A stretch of DNA of 64,000 bases from Auanema rhodensis (lineage: Eukaryota > Animalia > Nematoda). The notes beneath the pieces are model-generated. The model had not been told where the DNA came from and made no database searches. It saw only the letters and a list, made by a program, of their open reading frames with translations. The stretch is taken from positions 7,688,001 through 7,752,000 of the forward strand of contig OZ059894.1 of the NCBI GenBank assembly GCA_964057225.1, given 5' to 3'. Both the position numbers and the translations under genes were made by a program. Each line of letters opens with the position of its first letter. Position 1 is the first letter of the stretch. Below, piece by piece: positions 1-15,123 of the stretch.

Positions 1-96
1 TCAATAAATATATTAAGATATCGAAATGATTAATATGGGATTTGTTTGCAAAATTTTCTGAAAATATACACAGAAAAAGAATCCAGACAAGGTAAA

Positions 97-370
97 TTAC
101 TGGTTTTTAGTTAAAGTTTTGATTGTCTGGTGCAATGTATTCTCACACTTTACGCCTGACTGCTGATATTGCCTCTAATGGAATAATGTATACAAGAAGC
201 TATGAAAGGAAATACTTACACATATAAGATCGAGAAGATGAGATCTTATGAGACTTGATGAGTATCAAGCCATACATGCGATACGATCTATCAGCTTACT
301 AACAGAGCAGTATACGGATATAAGCATGAATCAACGCCACAACTACAGATACAGTGGCAATATTCGTCAT
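97..370 (-). CDS. Possible small 3-exon gene (~60 aa, hydrophobic N-terminus: MTNIATVSVVVALIHAYIRILLCY...TKNQ)
   Basis: TTTGCCAG acceptor just before ATG 370; two introns of 46 nt (254-299, GTAAGC..CAAG) and 45 nt (175-219, GTAAGT..TTAG) keep the frame open to TAA 97-99. No recognisable homology. Confidence 0.3.
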
Positions 371-1852
371 TACTGGCAAATATTCAACCAAACAATCTTA
401 AAAACTTTATTGTCTAATAAATTGTTATTAGTCATACTAATAATAATAATTATATATTTTTATTATATATTTAATATCTAAATATGTGATAAAACATAGT
501 ATACATATGTACATACATATATGTATATTCTCCACATAAAAAAAACAAAATAAATAATAATAATAATAATAATATATTACACAATGAACCCACTGATCAT
601 AACGACATGAATTCGAAAAAATGAAGCATTGAACAGACTACCGACCAAGTTTTCTTTAATATATTAGAGCAAACTCAGACAATATTATTTTTATTTAGAC
701 GGAAAATTAAAACTTATATGAATATATTATAAAATATATGTATATCAATATCAATATCTATTTTTATATTTATTTATATTTATGTATATTTAGTGAGTGG
801 ATATATATATATAAATATATGTGTGAATGTATATAGAACTAAAGATATATATATATATATATATATTTTTTTTTTTTTAATAGATAAAATTATAACTGCA
901 AAACTGATGCAAAAACTAATGTCGCTGCTAGCAAAACAGCTCAAGTTGAAAAATCTAATAAAAATTCAAAGACAATTGATGCAAATATACTTCAAAATAA
1001 AAAAAATTATTGCTTCATGATACAACAAACCCAGCCTTTGCTGAATTCCCCCTGATTTTTTTCTTGATATGATTAAGTTGTGAATAGTAAAGCGTAATGG
1101 ATTTTAGCTAGATTAATAATTCTATTCATGATTTAGAAATACATACCTTCACATGGAACTAAATAATAAACAAAAACATACCATCATGATCTTGTGAATA
1201 ATTAGAAAAAATGGAAATAATATATTTTTTCTATCATTTTTATCTTTACTGTAGCTTAAAGCCGCTTTTCTATTTACATTTTTGTTTCCAAAAATACTCA
1301 TTAACGAAGACATCTAGCAAGAGAATATGAATACTAAACCATAAAGAATTATACAAAAATGTTGAGAAAATAACAAAAGTGAATATTCAAACTATTATTA
1401 ATTCTAAGCAGAAAAAAACAATAAATTTGTTTATATGAAAATAGAGTTTACAATATTTGGCTAATTTCAAAGAGATATTTATCCAAATTAGAAAAAATAA
1501 GAAATGAAATAACTAGTTCATCTTTACAATATAGACAAAACAAAACTTTTTTTTCTCAATAATTTTTGCTCATAAATATTAAATATAATATTATTTATTT
1601 TCTACCCTTTTGTTTCAAAATTGATACAAATTCATACAGCAGAACATGATGTATTTTTTCCCGAAAAATGCAAGAACAACATGTTTTTTAATGTTTTTAA
1701 GCAACAAAAATATATATTTAACAACGTTTATAAGATTTATTAAATATATTGCATATAAATAACTATTTCAATAATTAAATATGAAATGAATTTGTTTAAA
1801 AAGTTAAGAAGATCAGAATTAAGAAAATTCTAGGAAAAGCCAATAGGTTAAT

Positions 1853-1856
1853 ATTA

Positions 1857-1893
<37 letters not shown>
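1853..1893. repeat. (TA)n microsatellite; others at about 846-865, 23393-23414, 51853-51883, 52238-52271, 58948-58973, 61931-61968 and 62322-62342
   Basis: Direct observation. Confidence 0.95.
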
Positions 1894-1896
<3 letters not shown>

Positions 1897-1959
1897 GTGT
1901 TAATTAGAAAACTTATCATATGATCATGAACTTTGTTCTTTTTTCTCCCTCCTGAATAT

Positions 1960-4900
1960 TTAAATTGCAGTTAGTGTGCACGAAGTACCAAGAATACGTT
2001 CACGAAGTTGGAAACCTTTGGGGGACAACAGGATATACTGAAATAAGAATCATTTTACTAGTATTTAAAAAAGAAGAATTCTCATGATGTGTTGAATTCA
2101 GTCAAAATAACGAACTATATGCTTTATGAGAATATATGAACAACTAATCCTGATGGATTGGAGTAAAACTTGAAAACTAATTAGTATCTCATACATTCAC
2201 GCGTCATTACACAAGACATATGTATATTTACACATGACCAAAAACTAAGATTGCCTATCTCTGCTCCTCCATCTCTTAATACTAAAAGTTTCTGATTTTT
2301 ATGCATCTCATTTTGTATTCTACGCATTGCTTATAGACCTTTTGCTACTGCTCCCATCAATAGGGGAAATATTCGTGAGAGTAATCAGAGAGTAATGATG
2401 AAGAAATCCTTCTTCTGTTGAAACAAAGCTTACTTCTTTCTGGCCAGCAATATGCAGTAATTCTGCTGTATTTGGTGATATATGATCTTGCATAGCAACT
2501 GCTATAGTACGAATACCCTGATGACGAGCGTTGGATGCAGCGGACATGGGGTCATCCTGAAAATGAAATAATTCTTCAGAAAATGACAAAAATTTTAAAA
2601 ACAGTGATTAATAAGAAGGTGTATATTTCGAATTACTGATTAACCTGTGAATACCCATCCGTAAATACTACAAGCACTTTCTTGACATTAGCTCTGGAAC
2701 CATTAGAATCATTTTTCAGCAATTCCTTTGTAGCATAAGTGATTGCTTCTCCAGTACGTGTTGTACCTCCGGTAGCTACCATTTTGAACATCTCTCTAAA
2801 CGGATTAAAAGTAATTTTAAAATAATGAGGTTATATTCCGCAAAATAATATATTTGTTACATCTTTGTAGCATAATTCAGAGTAATGAAGTTTTTTTCTA
2901 ATTTTTTGCTACACTTTTTAGCAGACCCATGATGAATTCATATAAATTAACCTTTTAAATAAGGGACTTTTGTTTAAAAAAAAAATACGAATATGGAAAA
3001 TTTCAATTTTATGTACTTACTCAATTAAGTCGTCTTTATTCGTGTGTTTATTCAAATCAAACAATATATGTGTACGTCCTGGTCCAGAATACCCTATCAT
3101 CCCAACCTATAACATTGAAAAAAAATTTTCGAAATATTAAACGTGTTAGAAGTTCATAAACAAGGTCTTAATATGTTAATCGATTTCTGCTGATCCCAAT
3201 TTAAGTGTAAAACAAATTCATTTTTTCGAATGTGAAATCATTGAGCGGTTGTACTACAGATTTGCTTTACGTATTTTCTTTTTATTTCTTCTTTGCGATT
3301 TGTTTCTCTCTCACTACACTTCATGTATTGGTATCTTCTTTTTATCTAATTCTCTCTATTCTATAAACTTAGTAAAATCAACCACGTACACGAACAGCAT
3401 TTGCTCCGATTGGTAAAGCGCCCACAGCTGATGCTCCAACATCAAAGTAGCTAAAATATTATTTCAAATAATAAACGTAGTTCGCATACTGTTTTGTTCG
3501 GTCCCCCGTTCCTTGAGACAAATCAACCAAAAATATAATATCTGCTACACAACCTAACAATACTTCTACATTTCCCACATTTTCTTTTTATGAAAAATAC
3601 CTCGTGGAACAGGCTTTGATGTGGTTGTGGTTGTCGGTTTCGTAGTAGGTTCAGTAAGACGAAATAGTGTAGTAGAAATTGGAGGTTCTGTTGTACTGAA
3701 AATACAAAAACTTTTTTTTGAAACTTTTTTATTTAAATTGGCTTCATTTATCTGAATTTTGCTATTTTGTGTATTTAGCTGATCATTCAATATAAGAATA
3801 CAAAGAAAATCATACGTTTTAATTGCTGGTATAAACAATTTTTTTGGCTCCGCTCTCAAAAAATTGAATTCACTTCTGCTTCTTTCTTTTTCAATCCGTT
3901 GAACACCTGGAGTTGTTTTGGTAGATTTTGCTGTAGTAATTCTAATAGTAGTGGTTAACGGAGAGCTGAAATTGCAATATTATACACATAAATTATTCAA
4001 TTTTAAACAGTGTTGTTGCTAGTGTTTGAAAATCTTCATCTGGTATCAAAGCTGTAGTCCCCCCACGGAAAACTGCTCTTAACTTTGGTCCAGTGGTTTT
4101 TGTTCTGAAATTAGATATATTCAACACAATCAATAATATGCTATTCCATATTCTTAGTTTGTTTGATAGTTATTAAACCTTGCGGTTGATGGAGAATGGG
4201 TAGTTCTTGAAAAAGGTTTTATAGACGTTGTAGTTGTTGTTGGGTTTTCATTCTCCTTAGTAGGTCCGGTGATTGAATTGGTCTGAGGTTGTCGTCGAAT
4301 GTCTGTATTCTAGAAAGCATTTAACTCAAAAATTGAGGAGGACAAGTAATAATCTTATGCTTACACTATTATGCTTAGGAGCGCACTGAAGTAAACTTTC
4401 ATAAGTTGGTCCTGTTTCAGCTAGTAAATTACTGAAAATATATAAATTTGTACTATACTTGGTTTAACATGTATAACCTTGTCTGCTTTGCTAATCCAAC
4501 ACGGAATATATGTAATTCACCTCGCTTCATGTGCTTCCATGTCGACATTAACGTTTTATTCACTTCTTTATCAGAAAAGAGTAAAACAATCAAAGGTCTA
4601 TCTGAATTGTTAAGCTTTTTCAGCTTCAGTATATCAAAAAATTCAATAAATTTTGAATTTTCAGTAACCTCGTTTGCGTGTTACTTCCACTGTTACAACA
4701 TTTAAAATTCTGTCATAATCGCCACCTTTCACGTTTTCAATTGTTTGGATTAATTCCCCACCAAGCTGTAATTACTGAGTGTTAAAGAGCGTACTCTTTT
4801 GTGGTAAATTAGTTGAATTTCGTGTTCAACAAACCCTGGTTGTTTTTGCTGTATAGTGTTGGATTCGGTTAACTGCAACCATCGTCCGGATGTCTGGACG

Positions 4901-6417
4901 AAGAGATACATCTTGAGCAACTCGAATTGCCTGCGAATATGAGCTCTGTAAATACAGTGATGATTTAAAACGTTCTTGATGTATATGAAGAAAAAATAGA
5001 AATTTTCTTTTTCGATTTAGTAAATTATAATATATAAACTGTTATCTATTCATCAAATATTTTATGAAGGTTCTTTATCTTTTGAGAAAATAAAATCACA
5101 TATTTCTCGTGTACAATTACTAAGTGTATCAAACAATTTAAATTTTTTTGAGCTTCGGTAGAACAATTCTTCACAGTTTTGCGTAAGCTAGAACTATTAG
5201 ATAGAAAATGTTTTATCTCACTTCGTATGTTTCATCTCAAGCTTCCATTTACATTAAATAGAACTATAATTATATTAAAGATGTACACGTCATATAAGAT
5301 TTTTCCGTGTTTTCATTTATTTTACTAATTGACACATCATGAAAAATCTGGAACTGCTGCTCCCATGTTGTTTCTCCATTCTTTATTGATTGATAGAAAT
5401 GAATGTATAGACAAATATGTATTCTATCGAAATTGAATGAGCAACAAAATTGAATCATAAGATAAATTTCAAGAAAAAGAAAACATCATCAAAGATATAT
5501 TATTGTTTTTAATATACATTCCTCTGTTCTCTTTTAATTTTGTAAAATGCTTTGAAATCATCTCATCAACCTATTAGAAATCATAAGAAATGTCAAAATT
5601 TGTTGTTGTTCCACTTTCGGCTGATTACAACCATTCAAGCGCTGCTTTTCAGCATAGTGTGCATATACAATAGAAACTAGAAGTTCTTTCTTCGGAACAG
5701 GCACGAAAACGAACATTATAACAAAATACCCGTAGTTATTTCGTATTGTCCTTGCCTTAACAATTTTCGTAATGTTTCTCCCTTTAATTTTAAAATAAGA
5801 TCGAGAGTAGTATCTGGATCTCAAACAAAATTGGTCCTAAACTTTGCACCTTCGGTCGTTCGATTGTTATATACTATCGTTCAGTCCAATGACTTGAATG
5901 ACGAGCCAACTTGTCGCGACTGCAGTTGATGACGACAAATGAAAATGTGAGTCGGCTATCTCTGCTACGAATTTTTAACTCTAGACAGGCACAATGACGT
6001 CGAAAACAGGAATGAACGAGACAACCAAAGTTTACAGAAGTTAAATTTGAAAAGATTGGAGATTTTCACATTGGTATTGACAGTGCAGTTTTATTATTCG
6101 AAAAGGGGTGCGTGTAAAGCCAAGCTGTATATGAGCACTGTTCTTGTTTTTACTTTCTATTAAATCAGATAAAGACTGACCGATTATTTCAAAGAATTGA
6201 GAATTCATGACACTAAGCATTATCTCAAAACGAGGAAACGTTACTACCTTAACCTCTCAGAAAATTTGTGTTGTGTGAAAATTTGTGTACAAAACGGATA
6301 AGAATTTCTTTTAGAAATCAAGAACATTACCTCAGATGTTGAATCAATCGCAAATAATAGATCAAGACAAGAGGAAGCAAATTGAGTACAGAGTAGAAAC
6401 GCCAGTAGCCGCCGCAT
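1960..6417 (-). CDS. Secreted protein with a degenerate N-terminal vWA domain, Thr-rich linker and canonical C-terminal vWA domain
   Basis: Exon 1 (6331-6417) MRRLLAFLLCTQFASSCLDLLFAIDSTSE (signal peptide plus vWA beta1) splices in phase over a ~1.4-kb intron to SSYSQAIRVAQD; Thr-rich exons 3600-4310; C-terminal vWA: CVADIIFLVDLSQGT...VGMIGYSG...TGGTTRTGEAI...KVLVVFTDGYSQDDP...IAGQKE; putative last exon YILLSPKGFQLRERILGTSCTLTAI* (1960-2037). Confidence 0.85.
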
Positions 6418-7124
6418 TTTGTTGATACTAATGACCAGAGATGACCGTCAATGATAGAAATCTTTGATGAATATGACTATTATGATATATACATATCCCT
6501 ATATCATTATATGGAATAAATGAAAATCAGAGAGAGAGAGAGAAAGATAGAGAGAGAATAAGATAGAGATTTCAGCACAACATCTCTTTTATCTTGTAGA
6601 ACCCTGATGCTATAAAGACTGGCTTAAGGCCGTTCAGGCACTGGAACATATGATATAAAGATGTATAAGAAACGACAAAACAAGTAAAGAACTATCATCC
6701 TTTATTTTGAAAAATCCGAGAAAAGCTCAGGCAAAGAACAGAGAAACCTCTGCACCAAATCACAAAATCACATCGCGGGTAAAACAGGTATGGAAATATT
6801 ATAGAAAGTACCGACTAAATACGGAGACGTATACACAGCTCAAAACTCCGTAAAGATAGATACAAATTAATAAGTTAAGATTAAAATTAATAAGACAACT
6901 TTATTTTGAAAAACTCGATTGTTCCCCACGAATAAAGTTCTATGAAATAGTAATGGAAAAAACCAAATTTGTCGAAATAAGAGTGACAGAGTGCAAGCTG
7001 GATTGAAGATGCCCAACGGAAACCAGACCATAAATAGTTGTACCGCTGATGCAAATAAAAAAGAAACGAAAGCACCACCACGGTGGAATTAAAGACATAA
7101 TGTCTTTGGTTTCCTTTTATAAAA

Positions 7125-8293
<1,169 letters not shown>

Positions 8294-8880
8294 CTTCCCA
8301 AAAATATAATACAAATGGGAACTACCTGAAAACTGTTTAATTCAACGTCAGCATAGAATAAAAATAGCAAATTGGAAAATCGATCAAGAGCCCTCCATTG
8401 CAAAAGAAACGAAAAGCATAAAGATCAGATTAATTAGACATTAGAACACATGAAACATATTAGATAGTGAAATTAACAATAATAAGTTTAACAGAACAGA
8501 GCACATAAATGGTTTAACAGCAATCAATAGCGGTCATTCCCATGACGAGTCACGACTGCTGGACATTCCACGTGAATCTACCGTAACCAACGAATAAAAT
8601 AGTCTCGCCACGACGAGCCAGTTTTTATCTCGTCGTTTAACTTGAATAAAAAGAATAAAAATATTAATATGATCCGGTTCATTGCAAAAAAAAAGATGAG
8701 TTAAAATTAAAAATAAAAAAACAAGGAAGCATAATGATGCACATGAAAATTAAAGATTATTTTTCCGATCGTTTCCGCCCTTTAATTTAAGAATTCACTA
8801 TATTTGCTTAGCGTTCTTAATATTTAACAGTTGGATATATTATTCATTCTTTAGTTCTTTTCCCGTTCGAAATGTAAAGG
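8294..8880. promoter_or_regulatory. Probable bidirectional promoter between rab-1 and the BTBD7-like gene
   Basis: ~590 bp between divergent ATGs; CpG-richer core 8520-8640 containing a CACGTG E-box (8569-8574) and GTCTCGCCACGA (8602-8613). Confidence 0.55.
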
Positions 8881-11786
8881 ATGGGTGGAAATTTTTCGGA
8901 TTTATCTCGTAGTCGTGCTACAAATTTAGTAGATACAGACAGAATCAGACCAACATCTGAACAAAAAATTCCAAAGCACCGTAGTAAGCTAGCGAATTTG
9001 GCTTTAGTTTCTACAAAATCTATTTCAAAATTATCTTTCAAGGTTTATTAATTAATTACCTTATTATTTCTAAAACATTTTTTTAGAGAAAAAGAGGATC
9101 AAAAGAGAATGTAAAGTTTTTCAAAGAACTGATCAGCTCATGGCCAATTTCAGACATTTTGTCTTTATACAAGGTTTCTTTGCTTCATAATGATTACAAA
9201 ATAACTGTTAAAATAGGAAATGAGTACAGCGAAAGTAGTTAGCGAAGCTAGACGTCTATCTGATTGTGCCCGACCGATTGTATTATCTGTGGGTACAGAT
9301 TTAATCAAAAGTGAAACAAAAGATTTGTTTGTTATAATTTTGGTTAGGAAATCAAAGAGACAGTATTATGAATTATGTTATTATAGGGAGAACGAATAGC
9401 GCTTCATAAATTCTTTATTAATACTCGATGTGAACATTTCAAAAACTTAATAGCAAATGATAATACAGACGTTATTATTGACCCACCCTTTTTGTGTGAC
9501 TCCGACGATGTTAGGTATAACTTTTGAAGAAAACAAAACATTTAACATTATAATTGTAGTAAATTTATAAATTACTTATATACTGAAGAATGGAACAAAA
9601 GCAATGATTTGCTTTACTCTTTTAAAAAATGGTAAAAATAAACTGTCCATCTTTGATAAATTGTTTTTTTTTAGGAGTGGGTGTCATCGCAGCTTAGCTG
9701 ATGACTTGGAAATATTGAAAAAACTTTCATATACAGAGGGAGATGTTGTTGCTGTTCTCTCTCACTCATCTAAAAACGCTAGCTTTCATTCTCATCGTAA
9801 TGTTTTCCCATATTTGTCACAGTTAAAATACTTTTTTCAGCAAATTCCAAAGATTATGAAATAAGATGTCATATGCCTGTTTTGTCAGCAAGAAGTAGAG
9901 TTCTCGCTAATTTACTTAAGGTTTCTTCGTATAAAATTAAAATTTTAAAATTATTTCTCTAGGATCATCGTACTCATATTGTCCTTGAAGAAGCTTTGCT
10001 TCCACGTGCTTTTGCTCCTGCTCTCATTCACTTTCTGTATACTGATAATTTAAATTTAAGTTTGGTATGTGTTTAGAATGTTGCTTATAATTATTTTCAT
10101 ATATCATAGATCTCTGATTCCAACATATCTCAATCTTCACTGTCAGAGGCACGAGCTATAGTATCAGGCCGGAGTCCTAATTCTGCTTTGAATAAGGCTA
10201 TTCATCTATTGCAAATTGCTAAGTTTTTTTCTCTCAACAAGCTTGTACAACGTATGAATTTCACCTATTATTAAGCTCTTTATTATTATTAATTTAGACT
10301 GTGAAGATGTAATTGTTTCTCAATTTTGCACAGAGAGCTGTGCTGCCGTACTAGCCTGGGCTTTAGACGGTGGATCGCTGTTTGTCGCCAGACAAGCACA
10401 AAGGTGGACAATTTTAATGAACTTTAGTCCTTAAATGGCTATTTAGATTTATTGAAGAGGAATTTACGAAAATAGCTCAATCTCACCATATATTTGATTT
10501 GTCGCTTGACACCATGATTTCATGTGTGAGCAGCCAATTTACTCAGGTTATTTCATTTTTTGAGTTTAAGAATTATGTGGTTTACTTGAATAATATTGCT
10601 TTTTGTGGCAATTCTTTTTTTAATTTTCAATATGGATATATTTCATTGCAAACAACCGTGCCTTCTGCCTTTAGTAATTAAAATGAAATAATCTCATAAC
10701 CACGTGATTGTGAATGCACTATGCCTTCTAGAGTGTAAATTTAAAAAAATTGAACTCTACTTATATTATTCAGTACTAATTACTTTCAGGCTACTGAAGT
10801 CGATATTTTGGATGCTGTTGTGAAGTGGGGTGAACATGAGCTATTGAAAAGAATGGAGGTAATGTTTACGTTTACTTATTTTTACTAATGATTTTTTTAG
10901 GAGAGGGAGCCTAATGTTGTTGCCGACACAACACATTCTATATCTAGGAGAGGTGTAAGAAGATCAGATTTAAGTTCAAGTGAACTGAGTGCAATTTTAT
11001 CTCCGTTAACTGGCTTTATTAGAACTGATTTGATATTACCTCCTTTTCATCAAGTAAAATATCATTATGTTTAACTTCTATTGCTATCTGTTTTGAAGAG
11101 TTTAACGAACGCTTATCGACGTGGTATATTGGAACAGGCTCCTTTAAGAAACTTGATTTGTTCCTCATCCAGTGATATTAATCCTGATATACACTGGTTC
11201 CGCCCTGATGATCTATCGGCTGGCCCTCGTTTTTATGAGCCATATTTTGAGGTACTGAGGACTATTATATTTGATTTTATTTCATTGATTTTAGGAGTTG
11301 AAATCACGAATAGATTCTCTTCCTGATATTCAAGTAAATACTTCGGCTTCATCCCCCGTAAATATTGAACTACGGAACGTTTTACCTGATTTGATTGATG
11401 AGACGCTTTTCGAACAAGTAAGTTTTCTGCTTTTCGAATAAGTATTATAACGATAAAAAGTTTAACTAAATACTTTTTTAGGTTAAAAATAAAATTTTGT
11501 CCGAAATATCTTTATTTGATTGTACTTACCATCTTCGTGATTTTCCACGATTCTCTCTTAAGAAGTTAGCGGTTGATTATGTAAGTTCAATTTTTCATGG
11601 TTTATACATATTTACAAGTTCCATATTCAGATTTCCCTCCGTGTTTTACGTGAAATGGATATACCTAGTGAGTGTATTGAAATTATTATCGAATATGATT
11701 CTTCAAAATCATGCAATGATTCTCATGACTTGCCTGACATTATATCTCAAGATATCCAACAATTTGAGTCAAGTTTTCTATGTTAA
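8881..11786 (+). CDS. BTB/POZ-BACK domain protein, BTBD7 orthologue
   Basis: MGGNFS start (myristoylation-type, like the MGANAS start of BTBD7); FKELISSW..., ALHKFFINTRCEHF (BTB1), RCHMPVLSARS (BTB2), LIHFLYTD, BACK region TQATEVDILDAVVKWGEHELLKRMEEREPNVVADTTHSISRRGVRR, GPRFYEPYFE, ISLRVLREM; GT-AG introns; TAA at 11784-11786. Confidence 0.9.
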
Positions 11787-11929
11787 AGCCTTATTTGTAT
11801 ATGTTGTTCTTTTAAATGTTTGCAGGGTCGTAGAGTTTTTCTGTGATTTAAAAAACGGGTTGTGTAACGAAAAAAACTGCTTTCTAGCATATTAATCTCT
11901 TTTATTCTTTGTTAATAAACTTTATTTTT

Positions 11930-14900
11930 TTATAATTGAGTTATATCTTTGTTAATAATAGAAACTATTTTTGAAGCATTTTCAATGGGATATTCTTTTC
12001 GTTCATCGTCATAATGCGTTTCTGTACTAATGGATATGTTGCATTCATCTTTGTGTCGTTTTATCACTAAGGATTCCAACTGTAAAAACTGGGATATATA
12101 ATAAGAAAACCGTTGTAAAAACCTTGGTGAATGGCAGTTCGACTAAAGCTTTCCAAAATACAGCGACGCCAAAAGAGTACATAATAGCAGGCAAGATATG
12201 ATTTACAAACTATAAAGAGTTATAAAAGAGTAAAACATCATTCACTCTTTACCGTATCAAGTTCTCCGGCGTATAAGCGTTCTGATTTGTCTAAGCCCCA
12301 TACATATAAAACAAGAGGAATATGAATGAGATAAGCGCAAAACGAGAGTCTGCCCAGTGGAATCCAAACCCACCAACTCATGAAGCTTTGCAGTGCTCCT
12401 CCCTGATTGTAGTAACATGAGATTGTTATCCATGCAAGAGCCAGAGACCATCCAAGCTTCCCTAAGCTGTTGTATATGGCAGATTCAGCAACGGACATTG
12501 GACGTCCATTTAGGAACCCGTGAAGTCCGAAAACAACTAGGAACATAACAACTAACGAGGATATATAGAACAAGCAATTAAGCACCTAAAATCAATTATT
12601 CTAAAACCGAAAAATGCTTAGTTTAGATACATGATGAATGCGTAGTCGTTTTCTAAACTGAAGGATATAACCAACAACAACTCCTATAATGTATGGTTGG
12701 CATCGAATGTAAGGCTGATAATACATCCAGAATTGATAATCACTGAACCCAGTGTATTTCAGACATGGTTAGGATGTGCTTTATGTTACCTAGATATTCT
12801 CTCATTCGCTTCGTTTAAACGATAAAGGATTGGAGGAAATTTCCAACTGTATGTCTGATACACGGATAAACCTTAAATAATAGATCCGTTGTTATTTTCC
12901 AGAAAACAATACCAATCGAAGCTGAGAGCATCGCTAATGCAGCTGTCAAGCCGCCCATGAATCCTGAGAAAGCGAAGGGGATAAGTAAAAGAGGGGAAAA
13001 AATAAAAAGTTGAATGTCTACCGCTAAGTACCATGACACAACAAAACACTAAAATATGGTTTGTTACTAGTCTATAATCATTACTCATTTTCTATTCACC
13101 ATTTTCTGTTGTTTTACAAAGTTGTTTAGATATAACATGTTAATCCACCATTGATCACGACATGTATCATTTTGTACTTCTGATAAGAGTAACGTTGGCA
13201 TATTGATGTACAAGCGAGTACAGACAAATGTGTAAAACAGGAGAGTTATATAATAGGCTGGTGATAAACTGAAAATATATAAAAATGTTGGTAATTTGTT
13301 TGAAATGAGAAGAAGCAACCGGAAAAAGCGGTGTAAGTAGAACTGTCCCCATGACTTCAAAGACATGGTTTTAATGCAGTCATCTTTAAATTCCTATGAA
13401 GAGATAGCTCGATAAAAGCTATAATTACTGATTCTGACTCACTTTGAACCAAAGAAACCCAAGTAAAAGCCCTGACATGAAAAAGAAAGAATCAACGGCC
13501 GGAAATCCATTGGCATATATAGCTGTCCAGAATCCATACCGTACACTGTCTAACTGATCAATAGGATTTTCTATTGAGCTCAAGAATATGTTCGAAGGAT
13601 AGGTTGCAACTTACTAACAATCAATGACATATAACCATATGAATGAGCAGCTATAACCCACGCAATAGAAAAAAATCTCATGCAATGTAAAACTTGAATA
13701 TGATCTTCCTTAAATATACTTTTTTTTAAATTCAAAATTTCATCTGACAACCTTTGTTTTGCGGATTTTAAAGATGTCTCGAACATTTCTGTGAAATGAA
13801 AATGCTATTACAAATCTCATATATACATCTAAATTGTTAGGTTATTTCACATTCTGATAGCTATGTTTGGCTACAAGTTACCTGTTTTACGTTTATTAGA
13901 CTTGGACAACCAAAAATAATCAACGATACTGGACAAAATACAAAAACCGAATAGCACAAATATCAATGATCTAAAAAGAAAATAGCAATATTAATAATCA
14001 TTATGTGAATTTATATATATATATAGATATATATTTATTTGTTTATTTAATAAACTATTTAATTTCAAATTATTTATTGTTATAAATCACGTCAACAAAT
14101 TTACGTGAAGCTAATACCCATTTTTGAATTTACAATTTACAGATCGGTTGCATTTATAAGCTAAAGTTTTTTTTTCCAAAATTTAAAAATACCTAATTTT
14201 CAATTATTGTTAATCAAATATAAAAAATATATAAAATTAACATACAGCACAATATATGTTCCTATATCTGCCGGAGGAATATTAGCATTGATATGTTCTG
14301 CTTTTGTTACGTGATTCTTCCATTTGCCTGTCTTTACTACAACAAATAGGGCAATTATTTGATATTTGAATTAACAAAATACTTGATTGAAATAATGGAG
14401 TTAATTGGTCATTCTTACAGCTGTGTGGTAAACATAAATCCAGACTGGGACAAAGATATGGTTCGGAACAATCTGTGTTATTGATTGATGAAAAGTTCAT
14501 AAAAACACTAAATTGTATGGTTACCGGAACAAATAAACTATGAGCATTACCGGTAATAATCTCCTCGAATCTCTCTATCAAATTCTTTAACAAAGTAGTT
14601 GACATTTAAACATTGAGGTAAAAAGCCCATAAAATGTATATGACCACGCAAAATTCCAGAGCCAAGTTTTGAAGAAGAATCAAGCACTATTCAACCAATT
14701 ATTTTCTGAAACATAATAACACGCACTTGGTAAAGCTAGATGTTTCCCCGCTTCTGTTAAAGATGTCGCATTTCCTTGTATCATACTTTCAATCTGTAAG
14801 TCCAAAAGAATTGATAAAAAGGTACACGGTTTAATGTTTACCTGATGTACTACTTCTGTTATTGTTGTAGCGAGATACCCAAGATCTTCTCGACATGTGT

Positions 14901-15123
14901 CAGTGAGGTTAACTTCTCTTAGATCGAGACTAGGTAACAATTCTTCCAAATGATAATATTTCACAACTGTGGTTAACTGATTAAGCTAAACTGAAGAAAA
15001 TTTGAAAGAAGTTAAGATACGACATACCAATTTATCCCAATTCCATTTGTTATAATTATTGGTTTTGTGAATTTGAACAGATAGACATGATGCAGACAGT
15101 AAGAGATATAGAAAAATTTTCAT
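11930..15123 (-). CDS. NRF-6/OAC-family membrane O-acyltransferase (NRF domain plus acyltransferase-3 domain)
   Basis: Signal peptide MKIFLYLLLSASCLS; NRF-domain motif MLDSSSKLGSGILRGHIHFMGFLPQC; AT3 motifs LHCMRFFSIAWVIAAH, AVDSFFFMSGLL, HRFFRLSPAYY, WWINMLYLNNF, SWYLAVDIQLF, YYQPYIRCQPYIIG, PLGRLSFCAYLIH, VELPFTKLE; intact spliced frame. Confidence 0.93.
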
